Of a DNA stretch of 64,000 bases, positions 31,884-42,271 are shown in pieces (positions within the stretch are counted from its first letter, which is position 1; every line of letters begins with the position of its first letter). Where the stretch lies: the IMG/VR virus record IMGVR_UViG_3300013382_000004. The stretch is one strand, 5' to 3'. A program made the translations under genes and the position numbers. The notes beneath the pieces are model-generated. The model did not search any database and had not been told where the DNA came from. It saw only the letters and a program-made list of their open reading frames with translations. Source of the stretch: a virus (lineage: Duplodnaviria > Caudoviricetes).

Positions 31884-32075
31884 ATGAAAATTAAGTATTA
31901 TTACGATGGTCCTGTAACAAGATGGCTTAATCCATATTGTCATTACAAGGGCTACACAATGGCTTCTTCTGAAAAACAAGCATTAAACAATTTCAGAGGA
32001 AGAATTAAACGTGAAAAAGGTCTCACAATGGATTCTAAACTTGAGCTTAGTACTAAATATCTCAAGCAAATGTAA
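31884..32075 (+). CDS. Hypothetical protein
   Basis: YYYDGPV..TMASSEKQALNN motif. Confidence 0.65.
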   Translation: MKIKYYYDGPVTRWLNPYCHYKGYTMASSEKQALNNFRGRIKREKGLTMDSKLELSTKYLKQM

Positions 32076-32115
32076 GTATCAACAACCAATTTGACAAAAG
32101 AAAGGAAATAAAGTC

Positions 32116-32448
32116 ATGTCCAAGAAGATGAAAAACACTGTTCGTTCTCTCACCAACAACCCCACCCATTTAGAAGCACCTTCGCTCAATAAAGCGCTTG
32201 ATACCTACGGGAATCTGAACTGCCTGATTGATTCTGGCTTAAAGGAAGTCATTAGATGGTGCGCAAAAAGCACCAGAGATGACACGAAAGAAAGATATGT
32301 GTTCTCTCTCAAGAATTTAGACTATGTGCTCGAACACATCAGCACTGAGGTTCTTGTAACCATTAAGGTTACTCCACTTGAAGATGAATTTGGACATCCT
32401 TGGTGTTGGATGCTTACTAAAATCAGAAAGAAGCGTGTTTGCTTTTAA
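32116..32448 (+). CDS. Hypothetical protein
   Basis: GAAAGGA RBS, 110 aa. Confidence 0.65.
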   Translation: MSKKMKNTVRSLTNNPTHLEAPSLNKALDTYGNLNCLIDSGLKEVIRWCAKSTRDDTKERYVFSLKNLDYVLEHISTEVLVTIKVTPLEDEFGHPWCWMLTKIRKKRVCF

Positions 32449-32512
32449 CCAGATAGCTTAAAACCGAATCAAAATCAAATTTAATACAGACTTGAAAGGA
32501 GTCAAAGTAAAA

Positions 32513-32827
32513 ATGAAAAAGATTAGTGTTATGGGTCGTAACTATACTCTTGAGGACACTCTCAATGAGATGAATAGTTCTTGGGGCGTTAAACATCTCC
32601 GCAAAGTCAAAAACAACTTCTGCCTTAACATCTGCAAAGGTAAAAGTTGCAAAGCCTGTGACAAATGTGAGATTGAACAATGTTACAATCTTTCACTCAA
32701 AGAAATCAAAGAAGGAAAACGTAAGGAGTTAATTCCTTGCGCTGAGTACTTCAGTGATAGAACTAATTATGGTGCTCGTCGTTATTATAACGGCAAGGGT
32801 GTCAAGACGGAGGTGTGGCATGTTTAA
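32513..32827 (+). CDS. Cys-rich hypothetical protein
   Basis: GAAAGGAG RBS; CLNIC..CKACDKC. Confidence 0.6.
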   Translation: MKKISVMGRNYTLEDTLNEMNSSWGVKHLRKVKNNFCLNICKGKSCKACDKCEIEQCYNLSLKEIKEGKRKELIPCAEYFSDRTNYGARRYYNGKGVKTEVWHV

Positions 32828-33149
32828 GATTACAAACAAATACGGAAAATCCGTAACAGTTATGTTAAAAATGGAAGAACAAACTTTATTTAAAGGTGAT
32901 GTTCTCCCAAGTATTATTTGCTCCTTCCTTAACAAGAAGGAAATTAAACCTGATTGGTTTGTAAATTCATTTGACTTTAACCTTTGCAAGCCCTACAAAG
33001 TTGAACGTGTTTAAACATTGTTAGAGGGATGGAAAATAACTTCCATCCCTCAATAGAGTGTTTAAGCGCCACTTAATCACTCAACCATTTTACATTAATT
33101 TAGCCTACAATGAATTAATGTCTTATTAAATTAGAAAGGAGACAATACT

Positions 33150-33221
33150 ATGTAGAAAATTATTTCTGTTGACCTCATCAATTAGATAATTGCTATTCAT
33201 ATTATCTACAATCGTAATTAA
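33150..33221 (+). CDS. Cassette 4 peptide M[TAG]KIISVDLIN[TAG]IIAIHIIYNRN
   Basis: GAAAGGAG RBS; homology to the other copies. Confidence 0.7.
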
Positions 33222-33272
33222 TTCATATTAATTGCGTCACAAGTAGAGAGTGTAGGCTTTCTACTTGTGTTC

Positions 33273-33301
33273 ATCTTAGCACACTTGATGATATCTGTCA
33301 A
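33273..33301 (-). promoter_or_regulatory. Antisense sigma-A promoter, cassette 4
   Basis: TTGACA-17-TAAGAT. Confidence 0.7.
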
Positions 33302-33346
33302 GTGGTAACTACAAACATTTTTGATTTATGAAAGGAATTTAGAATT

Positions 33347-34279
33347 ATGAAGAAGATTAATCTCACCAACGTCAAGAACGAAAAGTCTGTCAGCGAAGTC
33401 CTGTTCGATGCACTTAAGCCCAAAGCAATTACCAATGAACAGTCTAAAACCGTTTACGCTCTTAAACTCTCTGTCGAAAGAGAGATTGAAAAGAAAGAAG
33501 ATGGTCGTAATTGGGCTATTAGAGATATTCCTCTTTATCTCCCTGAAGTTGATTTACACTATCAGCGTGAGCCTAGGAACTTTGAAGTTGCAAAAATTAC
33601 CAATAATTTCAATATTAACAAAGTTGAAGTTAAAGCAGCTTCTATTCGTAAGGTTGGTAATACTTGGCATCTTTTTCTTATGGATGGTGCGCACACTTTA
33701 AGCGCTTTGCTTTATATGCAAAGTAAAGGTTTCCCCATTTATGCTATCACTTGCAAGGTCTTCATTAATCTCACTTTGGAAGAAGAAGCCGAATTATTTG
33801 CTACTCAGAATGAAGGTAAGACTAACCTTCGTGGATATGAAAAATATAAAGCAGAACTTTGTGCTAAAATGCCTACAGCAGTAATTATCAATCAGGTTAC
33901 AAAGGAATTTGGGCTTACTGTTAAGACCAATTATAACAGCACCGTTAATCGTTACAACAACATCAACGCAGTTGAAGAACTGTATCGTATTGTTAAGCGC
34001 GATGGTGAAAACGCTCTTCGTTTTGTATTTGCTGTTCTTCAAGGAACTGGTTGGAAAGATGATATGGTTTATACTCAGCGTATGTTGGCAGGAATCTCTG
34101 CTTGCTACAAGTACTGCGAAGATACCAAAGCATTCAACTATTTCCTTTTGAATCTTAAGCAGTATAAGAGTTGTGACGAGTTTGTTCGCGTTGCTCAGGA
34201 TAAGATTGAAGAACACGAGGGTCATCCTGCTGAGAAGATTCGTGATTATCTTCTTACTTACATGATTTACAAGAAGTAA
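33347..34279 (+). CDS. ParB/DUF6551-like protein
   Basis: YQR...LMDGAHT...EEEAELFATQN. Confidence 0.6.
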   Translation: MKKINLTNVKNEKSVSEVLFDALKPKAITNEQSKTVYALKLSVEREIEKKEDGRNWAIRDIPLYLPEVDLHYQREPRNFEVAKITNNFNINKVEVKAASIRKVGNTWHLFLMDGAHTLSALLYMQSKGFPIYAITCKVFINLTLEEEAELFATQNEGKTNLRGYEKYKAELCAKMPTAVIINQVTKEFGLTVKTNYNSTVNRYNNINAVEELYRIVKRDGENALRFVFAVLQGTGWKDDMVYTQRMLAGISACYKYCEDTKAFNYFLLNLKQYKSCDEFVRVAQDKIEEHEGHPAEKIRDYLLTYMIYKK

Positions 34280-34379
34280 AAGAAAGAGACTGATAGCTGT
34301 CCAAACTATCAGTCTCACTTAAGACTCCAGACTCCTGTAAAGTCTGTTTACATAATTACTCACGAAAGGAGAAATTAAT

Positions 34380-34451
34380 ATGTAGAAAATTTTACATGTT
34401 GATATGGATAGATAGATTTCTGTCATCCGTATCGTTTATCACCGTAATTAA
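34380..34451 (+). CDS. Cassette 5 peptide M[TAG]KILHVDMDR[TAG]ISVIRIVYHRN
   Basis: GAAAGGAG RBS; homology to the other copies. Confidence 0.7.
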
Positions 34452-34528
34452 CCCATCCAATTATGTATGATTAAACACTAACAACACTCATCAAGTAGAA
34501 GTTACAGGCTACTTTGCTTGATGAGTGT

Positions 34529-34557
34529 AATATAACATAAACAACAACACTTGTCAA
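34529..34557 (-). promoter_or_regulatory. Antisense sigma-A promoter, cassette 5
   Basis: TTGACA-17-TATATT. Confidence 0.7.
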
Positions 34558-34613
34558 GTAGTTTATGAAATTTCTTTTAAATACTTGACACAATTAAGAA
34601 AGGAAAGTATAAT

Positions 34614-34943
34614 ATGAATAACAGAGATTACAATTACGTTCTCGTTGCACATGATGGAGATTCTTTTTATCCCGTCTATTCTTCCAACCACAAAACAGTT
34701 GTGGAAAATGTTATGTGGGCTGTTTGTATTCAAGAAGAGGGATTCAATCGAATCGACAGTAAGAAGTTGATTGATTTCCTCACTTTTAATCGTATCAAAC
34801 CTGTTGACCAGTTGGATAATGAGGATATCCCCGAGTCTCCTGACTGGAGAATTAATCCTTCTCATCTCTTAAAAAAGCTTGAAAACCAGAATTGGGATGG
34901 CTGGAATATGTTTCTATTGACTGTCCCAGCTTTAAACTTTTAA
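34614..34943 (+). CDS. Hypothetical protein
   Basis: GAAAGGA RBS, 109 aa. Confidence 0.65.
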   Translation: MNNRDYNYVLVAHDGDSFYPVYSSNHKTVVENVMWAVCIQEEGFNRIDSKKLIDFLTFNRIKPVDQLDNEDIPESPDWRINPSHLLKKLENQNWDGWNMFLLTVPALNF

Positions 34944-35053
34944 AGGTTGATAGAGTGCAGGATTGAAATATACCCTGCACTTCAATGAGCCTTTAAGCTC
35001 AAATTAATTTTGTCAAGGAATAAGACAGTAAAACCCACGAGAGAAAGGCTATT

Positions 35054-35572
35054 ATGGCTAACATCAACATCAACACCAAGAAGTCCCTCAATCGCGTTCA
35101 GCTTATGAAGGAAAACAATACCAATCTTGAGTACCTTTACATCGACGGAATCAAATACGGCTGCATGGGTTCTGTCAATGACCGCGACCGTGAAGCTGGC
35201 CTTGCTGTTATTCAGCGTATTGTCGATAACAGTGATAAGACTGGTATGGCTCTCGTTATGGAAGTTATGGCTCAGGTTAATTTCGAAGCTTCCATGAACG
35301 AGAAGGAAATCAATCCTGATGAAGTCCTTGAAGTCAAGGTTGATGGTATCACCTATCCCTGTGTTCTCAATTATGAGAAGAAGGCTTTGTACGATGAAGC
35401 TGGTGAGGAAATCTGTAATACCCGTGACATCGACTGTGAGCTTGATGAACGGGCTTTGAAAGCTCTTCTTGAAGCTCGTGCAGTTAATGCTATTCGTGAG
35501 GACAATGAGAGCAAGTACAATGATTATGAAGATGAAGATGAGGATGATGATTGTGAGAAAGATTGGGAGTAA
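35054..35572 (+). CDS. Acidic hypothetical protein
   Basis: 172 aa, acidic tail, biased codons. Confidence 0.7.
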   Translation: MANININTKKSLNRVQLMKENNTNLEYLYIDGIKYGCMGSVNDRDREAGLAVIQRIVDNSDKTGMALVMEVMAQVNFEASMNEKEINPDEVLEVKVDGITYPCVLNYEKKALYDEAGEEICNTRDIDCELDERALKALLEARAVNAIREDNESKYNDYEDEDEDDDCEKDWE

Positions 35573-35672
35573 TCTTTAATTAACTATCTATAAATCATCA
35601 TCAAATCAACAACAAATAGGAGAGGGTTGAAATATACCCTCTCCACTTTAAAATGAAAGGAAATAAAGTAAA

Positions 35673-38027
35673 ATGAAAACCACTTACATCGACACCATCC
35701 CCAGTGAAATCATTGAAAAGAATAAAGCAACTGTTAAAAAGTTCTTATCTACTAATGAAGCGGCCAGTCCCAATCCAGATAGCTGTCCTGATATCACTGT
35801 CTATTGGCAGCAGAAAGCGAACGGTAAGGCTTTTCATCTGTTGGAAGGTGAATATGAAATCGTTTCTTTTAAAGCTGTTGGGGGTCTTCAAACAGTTAGT
35901 GAATATCGCAAAGAGAGAACTGGTTTCTATAATGTAAGCAATATTAAAACCAATTGTATTGTTGTATGTTCTGGTAAAGATGCAAAGGTTGCTTATGCAA
36001 AATATTACCCTGAATTGGAAATGTTGACATTTGGTGTCATGACTATCAATATTAGAAAGATTCCTGAAGAGAAAAGAAGATATTATTTTGTTGAGCGTTA
36101 TTTCCTCTTTAAGAATTGTCCTGCGCCTTTTGATACTAAGGGCAACATTGCATTTGAATCTAAAGGAGGTAAATTCTATAGCTTAGGTTTAGTAGATTAT
36201 CTTTGTCATGATTTGAACAAAGCAATTGTCCATTCCTATTTCTCTGACGCAGTTGAGGAGTTTACAAAACGAGAATGTTCTCCAAAAATAAGATGGACCA
36301 AATGGACTCCTTATACATTCTCAGACTATTACAAAACAATGTATCCTCGTACCATTTCCAAAACATCAACAGATATTTCTAAACTTGTTAATGATTTACC
36401 CGTTATTAACCTTGAGGAACTTCGCAAAGAATTTCCTAAAAAAGCCGTTGATGTTAAAAACAGTTGGAATGACGAACACCACACTGAATATAAAGACACA
36501 ATTTGGGTATTCAATATCTTAAGTGATAATTATTGTGTCATTCGTCAGTTTGGCGGTTATTTTGAGTTTACAGAACAATCTCGCATCCTTATTGATAACA
36601 AAGGGAAAGTAACAATCTTTGAGCCAGCTCCTCTACTTGATGGAGATACAATATTTAGAGTCTCAAGCTCTGCAAAAGCTGGCATCCCAATTGATAGAGT
36701 TTGTTATTTCAAAGGTTTTGAGGATATGTTCAAATTTAAAAGATTGTTTTACATCTCTTCCATTATCAATGATAATGATGTGATGACCAAAGCAAAGTCA
36801 GCAATCTCTAAAATTATTTACACTCTCAGATATCCTTTTATTGAGCAGTTCTATAAAGCTGGATATAAATACATTGCTAACTATCTTATGAGTGCCACTG
36901 CAAAATCTGATTTAAAAGCTCTTTTTGATGGTAGAAAATATTCCGAGTCTGCAAACATCTACGAGCTTAGTGGAATGAATAAGCATCAGCTCAAGTTAGT
37001 TGATGATATGTTCAATAAGAGACAAAATCCTGAGCGTGTAACTAGTTTGTTTTACGGCTCAAGCGCTACTCCTTGGCAAGTAATTGACACCGCACACTTT
37101 GTTTCTGGGGTTGAGAACTTATCTTCTATTACTGATAAGGATTCTGATTTCTATTTCAATATGGCAAAAAGAATTAATCTCGTCCATTCTGATTATCATG
37201 ATTTTCTGTATTTTATTGGTGCAGACAATAGCGTATATACCTATTATAAAGATAGAAGTAGAATAAACAAAAACAATTGGTGCTACATGAATAAAAACAA
37301 AAATATCATTTCAACAACTTCTGAGCAAACCGAAAGGGATAGAAAGAATCTTCTCAAACTTATGCGTCTTCAGGAAAGAACTGATAAAAAGGGCGCAAGT
37401 GAAGATGTGTTTAAAATCTTTTCTGACGCTTTTAATCTGTTTAAACAAATTTCTAACACCAATCGTCCTGATATTGACTTGTATGCTTGTAAGGACGTGA
37501 ATGAGCTTCACCGTTATCATAATATGTTGATTGAAATCAACATCACAGACAAAGAAGTCAGAAATAAAGAAGAACAGGAGCGTCTGAACAAGTTAGCTGC
37601 TAAACTTTATGACCAGCGCAAAGAAAAGTTTGAGTACGCCGATGACAATTTTTCTATTATTATCCCTGAAGAAATGAACAAAATTACAAAAGAAGGTGTA
37701 TATCTTCATCACTGTGTTGGAGGTTATGTCAACCGTGTGGCTGAAGGTCATACTAATATTCTTTTCTTAAGGAAGAATAGTGACATTGAAATTCCTTTCT
37801 ACACGATTGAAGTAAGTAATGGAAACGAAATCATTCAGATTCACGGCTTGTATAATCGTTGGTTAGGCAATGACCCTGATGCGGTTAAATTTATAATTAA
37901 TTGGATTCATGAAAAGGGTATCAAATGTCCAGTTAATATTGTACTCAATAAAGGTCAAGGTTACAGTTCCAGCACTATCAAGCTCAGTGAAAAAGAATAT
38001 GGTTTGGAGGGTAAAAAATATGTCTAA
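35673..38027 (+). CDS. PcfJ-like protein
   Basis: C-terminal EGVYLHHCVGGY..ILFLRK..PFYTIE..IQIHG..N. Confidence 0.75.
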   Translation: MKTTYIDTIPSEIIEKNKATVKKFLSTNEAASPNPDSCPDITVYWQQKANGKAFHLLEGEYEIVSFKAVGGLQTVSEYRKERTGFYNVSNIKTNCIVVCSGKDAKVAYAKYYPELEMLTFGVMTINIRKIPEEKRRYYFVERYFLFKNCPAPFDTKGNIAFESKGGKFYSLGLVDYLCHDLNKAIVHSYFSDAVEEFTKRECSPKIRWTKWTPYTFSDYYKTMYPRTISKTSTDISKLVNDLPVINLEELRKEFPKKAVDVKNSWNDEHHTEYKDTIWVFNILSDNYCVIRQFGGYFEFTEQSRILIDNKGKVTIFEPAPLLDGDTIFRVSSSAKAGIPIDRVCYFKGFEDMFKFKRLFYISSIINDNDVMTKAKSAISKIIYTLRYPFIEQFYKAGYKYIANYLMSATAKSDLKALFDGRKYSESANIYELSGMNKHQLKLVDDMFNKRQNPERVTSLFYGSSATPWQVIDTAHFVSGVENLSSITDKDSDFYFNMAKRINLVHSDYHDFLYFIGADNSVYTYYKDRSRINKNNWCYMNKNKNIISTTSEQTERDRKNLLKLMRLQERTDKKGASEDVFKIFSDAFNLFKQISNTNRPDIDLYACKDVNELHRYHNMLIEINITDKEVRNKEEQERLNKLAAKLYDQRKEKFEYADDNFSIIIPEEMNKITKEGVYLHHCVGGYVNRVAEGHTNILFLRKNSDIEIPFYTIEVSNGNEIIQIHGLYNRWLGNDPDAVKFIINWIHEKGIKCPVNIVLNKGQGYSSSTIKLSEKEYGLEGKKYV

Positions 38028-38418
38028 ACGTACACCTAATAATACTATCACCGAATATCCTCAGTATGATGGTATGTACTATGACCGCTGTGAAGGAATC
38101 CAGCGTAAAACTCATGGTAATTATCGGTACAAGATTAACAAACAGTACAAAGAAAAGCGGAAACAGTATTTATACACAATAGAAAAAGAGCAGGAGTAAA
38201 ATCCTGCTCTCTTTTGATATATTCAGTTCCTATAAACTATTAGTTTAATGTTTATTATTGTTCTATCATTCTTGGCCGTATGTACGAGCTTTAATAACAA
38301 CTTAAACTAATTTATATAAGAGAGCTGTATAGGCAACTCTCTTATACGATTATAACCAGTTCCTATAAACTGTTTATATAATTTACCCCTTGTCTAAGGA
38401 GGAAAGGAGTTGAAAGCT

Positions 38419-38490
38419 ATGTAGAGAATCTTCTACGTTGATTATTTCTACAATCTTATGTAGATAATGATTATCTATAACCGTAATTAA
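38419..38490 (+). CDS. Cassette 6 peptide M[TAG]RIFYVDYFYNLM[TAG]IMIIYNRN
   Basis: GGAAAGGAG RBS; homology to the other copies. Confidence 0.7.
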
Positions 38491-38562
38491 TCCCACATAT
38501 TGATTACGAAGATGTATAGATGGTAAGTAAGAAGTATAGGATTCTTCTTATCATCTGTACAT

Positions 38563-38591
38563 ATATTAACACATAACATCAATCTTGTCAA
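38563..38591 (-). promoter_or_regulatory. Antisense sigma-A promoter, cassette 6
   Basis: TTGACA-17-TAATAT. Confidence 0.7.
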
Positions 38592-38619
38592 GTACTTTTT
38601 AGTACAGAAAGGAAAGAAA

Positions 38620-38784
38620 ATGAAAATTAAAACTACTGTTGAAACCGACCTTAGCTATCTCGACCTTCTTACCCAGTTAAAGGAAGATATTAATTCTGAC
38701 ACCTGTATGCCTGTTACAGACCGCAAAAAAGCTGAAAAACTCACTCAAGAACTCTTTGACTTACTTTGGAAGTATTCTTACTAA
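38620..38784 (+). CDS. Small hypothetical protein (54 aa)
   Basis: GAAAGGA RBS; MKIKTTVETDLSY...LLWKYSY. Confidence 0.6.
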   Translation: MKIKTTVETDLSYLDLLTQLKEDINSDTCMPVTDRKKAEKLTQELFDLLWKYSY

Positions 38785-38811
38785 ATAATTTACTTTATTT
38801 AGTTTAAATAC

Positions 38812-38840
38812 TTGACATTTACGGATTAATAAGTTATAAT
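38812..38840 (+). promoter_or_regulatory. Consensus sigma-A promoter
   Basis: TTGACA-17-TATAAT. Confidence 0.8.
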
Positions 38841-38889
38841 TATTTCAACAAAATAAAGCTGACGAGCTTAAACGTAGAAAGGAATTATT

Positions 38890-39894
38890 ATGGGTATTCT
38901 TCAGTTTAATAGCGAGAAAGTTGCTCCTATTGCTTCTCGTTTTGAGGGCATTCAGCGCACTGTTTTTACCGATGGTGTTGGTAAAGATATCACTTCAGCC
39001 GGAAATCTTGAGCAAGCTCTTAAATTATCTGGTCTTGATTATAAGGTTGAAAAACGACCTTTACAGTTTCTTCAGCCTGTAGCACAAAAAGTTGGGGACA
39101 AAGAAATCATTGTACAGACTCCTTATCAAATCGCAGATAAAGTTGCTACTGTTCGCACCGATACAATGCAGTCTCTTGGTATCGTTTCTCCCAACTATGA
39201 AATTTTAAATAATGAAGATGCATTTGACTTCCTTGATTCTCTTGTAGAAGAGGGCGCTCATTTTGAAACGGCTGGCAGTTATGGAGCCAATGGTGCTAAA
39301 AACATTATTACTATGAGCACAGAAGGTATGAAAATTTTAGGAGATGATTATAAGCCTTATCTTCTTTTACAAAATTCTCATGATGGTAGCAAAGCGATTT
39401 CTATCTCGTATGTAAGTCTTCGCATCTTTTGTTCTAATTGTTTAGCCAGAGCCAAAAAGGGAATAGTAAATGAAATTAGTATTCGCCACAGCTCTTCTAT
39501 GAATTACAAACTTGAAGCTGCCCGACTCACTTTAAAAGGGCAGAAAGAATATCTGACTGAATTTAAAAAAGAAGCTGAAAAATATGCAACTATCAATTTC
39601 AGTGAAAATCAATTTTTTGAAATGGTTAAACAATTATTCCCTGTAAAAACAGAAGATAGAGACATTATTCAAATTCGCAATTTATGCCAAATTGAATATC
39701 TTATGCGTTGTTACAAAGCAAATGATGTCAACAATTTTAAAGATAAGGGATTTGCTGGACTTCTTGCAGTATCCGATTTTGAAAGTCATCCTGTTGCTTT
39801 AAGAAAAGCAAAAACTCCTATGGGATTTACTAATGTAATGGTAGGGATGCCATTGCTTAATAAAGTTTACAGTATTATTGGAGAAGCCGCATAA
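38890..39894 (+). CDS. DUF932/DUF945 family protein
   Basis: ALKLSGLDY.V, LGIVSPNYEILNNEDAF, ETAGS, NSHDGS, RIFCSN, IRHS. Confidence 0.8.
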   Translation: MGILQFNSEKVAPIASRFEGIQRTVFTDGVGKDITSAGNLEQALKLSGLDYKVEKRPLQFLQPVAQKVGDKEIIVQTPYQIADKVATVRTDTMQSLGIVSPNYEILNNEDAFDFLDSLVEEGAHFETAGSYGANGAKNIITMSTEGMKILGDDYKPYLLLQNSHDGSKAISISYVSLRIFCSNCLARAKKGIVNEISIRHSSSMNYKLEAARLTLKGQKEYLTEFKKEAEKYATINFSENQFFEMVKQLFPVKTEDRDIIQIRNLCQIEYLMRCYKANDVNNFKDKGFAGLLAVSDFESHPVALRKAKTPMGFTNVMVGMPLLNKVYSIIGEAA

Positions 39895-39927
39895 GCGGCT
39901 CTCCTTTATACTGAGAAAGAAGGATTT

Positions 39928-40218
39928 ATGAAAAAAATAGATTTAACAGGACAAACATTTGGTGAGCTTAAAGTTATAGAATTTTTTAATCCAAAAGGAA
40001 AAGATGTAGTAGGAGTAAAAGAAATTAACAATTATTTCTTAGGCTTTATTACTTATAAGCATCATTTCCAAAGCAAATCTTTTCATCAAAAAGAAAATGC
40101 TATAAAATGGAGACTCCAAAAAGAATTAGAACTTTTTGGGCCTGAAAAAGCACCTCAACGTCATTTGTTTGAAAAATATCAAATAAAAAAGGAGAATAAA
40201 GAAAATGAAAAAGCTTAA
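39928..40218 (+). CDS. Internally deleted HNH-AP2 endonuclease derivative (AP2-like domain only)
   Basis: DLTGQTFGELKVI start joined to AIKWRLQKELELFG..APQRHLF end; no HNH. Confidence 0.55.
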   Translation: MKKIDLTGQTFGELKVIEFFNPKGKDVVGVKEINNYFLGFITYKHHFQSKSFHQKENAIKWRLQKELELFGPEKAPQRHLFEKYQIKKENKENEKA

Positions 40219-40648
40219 TCTGTTTATCCTCGTCATCGCTTTGATTATGTGCTTCCTGTATATGGGAAGAAGTGAACAAGTAATTGCTCTTGGTGATTCT
40301 ATTAAGGATTATCAAGCTCAAATTGATAAGCTCCACTCTCAACTTTGGGAGATTGAAAATAACAAATCTCTTGTGCTTACACAACCTGATACAAATCTTC
40401 CTGATGTAGCTTTTGAAGCAAACACTTATCCTGTGTATGCAGAGTTGGTTGAATCTGACCCTGATAACAACACATATAAATTCAGAGTGCTCAATGCTAC
40501 ACAGGATGATGGCTTCGATGGGATTTATACTCTTGAAACTGATATGGCTGTGTATGAAGATGCTCCTTATATCCTTACAATGGACACCAACGGAACTAAA
40601 GAAACTTCTGATGACTATATTGCTGTTGTGTGGATTGCAACTCCGTAA
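40205..40648 (+). CDS. Secreted/membrane-anchored protein
   Basis: Signal-peptide-like N-terminus; MDTNGTKETSDD. Confidence 0.65.
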   Translation: MKKLNLFILVIALIMCFLYMGRSEQVIALGDSIKDYQAQIDKLHSQLWEIENNKSLVLTQPDTNLPDVAFEANTYPVYAELVESDPDNNTYKFRVLNATQDDGFDGIYTLETDMAVYEDAPYILTMDTNGTKETSDDYIAVVWIATP

Positions 40649-40704
40649 TCCACCTTCACATAACACCTATAAACAACACATTTAATTAAGAAAGGAATTT
40701 AACT

Positions 40705-41040
40705 ATGAACACTATCGCTTACAAACCTTTTATTAACAGTAACAAAGAAATGATGGAGAAGGTTAACCCTGATAGCTGGAAAGCTATCATTGAGTTTGAT
40801 TCTCTTGATGAAGTCCTTTGCCTTTATCATGCTCTTGATAATGCAATCGACAATCATTTTGCGGATGCTCGTAACAAACATGTTTGGGCACTTGGGTCTA
40901 AAACTCAAGAAGAATCCCTGTATTATGAAGACCTCGCTGACCAGCAGAGAAGATATGGTTACAAACTCATGAAAATTAAGAACAGTCTTGAAGAAACTTT
41001 TCATTGTTCTGTATATTACTTTGAAGGAGATGCAAAATAA
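40705..41040 (+). CDS. Hypothetical protein
   Basis: GAAAGGA RBS. Confidence 0.65.
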   Translation: MNTIAYKPFINSNKEMMEKVNPDSWKAIIEFDSLDEVLCLYHALDNAIDNHFADARNKHVWALGSKTQEESLYYEDLADQQRRYGYKLMKIKNSLEETFHCSVYYFEGDAK

Positions 41041-41392
41041 TGATTACAATCGTTCAATGCAAGGATAAGGCAACATTCAAGGTAACTAATGATGTTACTT
41101 TTGATGATGTCACTGTTATGATGCAAGACAAAGAAGATGCGGATGAAATGATTTATCATCTACTTGTGAACGTGATTAAAGGAGAATAAAACATGAAAAA
41201 CAAAATCTTATCTTTCTGTCTCGGTGAAGAAGATGGTACGGCTATCTTCTGTGAAACTCGTGAAGAATTCCTCCAGTACATCAATGAAAAAATTGATGAA
41301 GCTGAAGAACGTGGTCAGGAACATTTCGATTTGACCATTGAGCAGACTGAGTGCTAACAACATTTGTGAATTAAGAAAGGAAGTAAAACATT

Positions 41393-41698
41393 ATGAAGAA
41401 ATACATGGTTATTGATTGCTATGAGCGTGAGATTGGTGAGCCTGAGTTCTTTGATACTATGCTTAAGGCACAAATCTGTATGATTGAAAAGTTTTTTGAG
41501 GCGTGTAGACATATTGATGAAAACAGTTACGATTACGAATTTGAAATCAATTCTATGGAAGATTTGGATAAAGTTATAGATGCGCTTACTAAAGAAGACC
41601 TCTTAGATGATGAAAACAATTTCTCTGAGAATTGTGCTTGGGCTGAAACTTACAATCATGATAACTGGGACTGTAAGATTATCGAAGTTGAAATCTGA
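41393..41698 (+). CDS. Acidic hypothetical protein
   Basis: GAAAGGA RBS. Confidence 0.65.
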   Translation: MKKYMVIDCYEREIGEPEFFDTMLKAQICMIEKFFEACRHIDENSYDYEFEINSMEDLDKVIDALTKEDLLDDENNFSENCAWAETYNHDNWDCKIIEVEI

Positions 41699-41779
41699 TT
41701 TCAAAACAGTATAATTCAATTTATTATAACTCAATTTATTATCCTGTGCTATCGGGTTTACGGGCAGAAAGGAAATATC

Positions 41780-42271
41780 ATGAATAATACTTATTTCAAC
41801 CTCAAGGTCAATTCCATCCCCGCTGGTCGTTTCGTTAAGATGGCTTATGTTTCTGATATCACTCTTACAGCTCTTGGTCGTAAAGCTGGTGTCTCTGTCC
41901 TTAAGCGTGTGATTGGTACTTATCGTATTGGTATCAATTATAAAAATACCAAGAAAGCAAAGGAAAAGGCCATCACCCAGAACAAGCCTATGGATGCTGT
42001 TGCTAAACTTCCTTGGGGTCAGTGGAAGGATGGCAGCAATCGTATTATCTGTCATGTGAATAAGAAAGGTGAATATAATGAGTATCTCCGTGTGTACGAT
42101 ACTCCCAATAAGCCTCGTGTCGCTTATTACCTTAATGGTAAACCTATTTCCAAAGAAGACCTCCGTAAGACTGGCTTTGTCCCTGACAGTTATTTCACTT
42201 CCAAGAACGATTCTGGTTGTATGACTATCTCAGCAAATAATATCGAATGGATTGGTCAGCCCTCCATCTAA
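41780..42271 (+). CDS. Basic hypothetical protein
   Basis: RIGINY.N, LPWGQW, YLR, YYLNG motifs. Confidence 0.7.
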   Translation: MNNTYFNLKVNSIPAGRFVKMAYVSDITLTALGRKAGVSVLKRVIGTYRIGINYKNTKKAKEKAITQNKPMDAVAKLPWGQWKDGSNRIICHVNKKGEYNEYLRVYDTPNKPRVAYYLNGKPISKEDLRKTGFVPDSYFTSKNDSGCMTISANNIEWIGQPSI

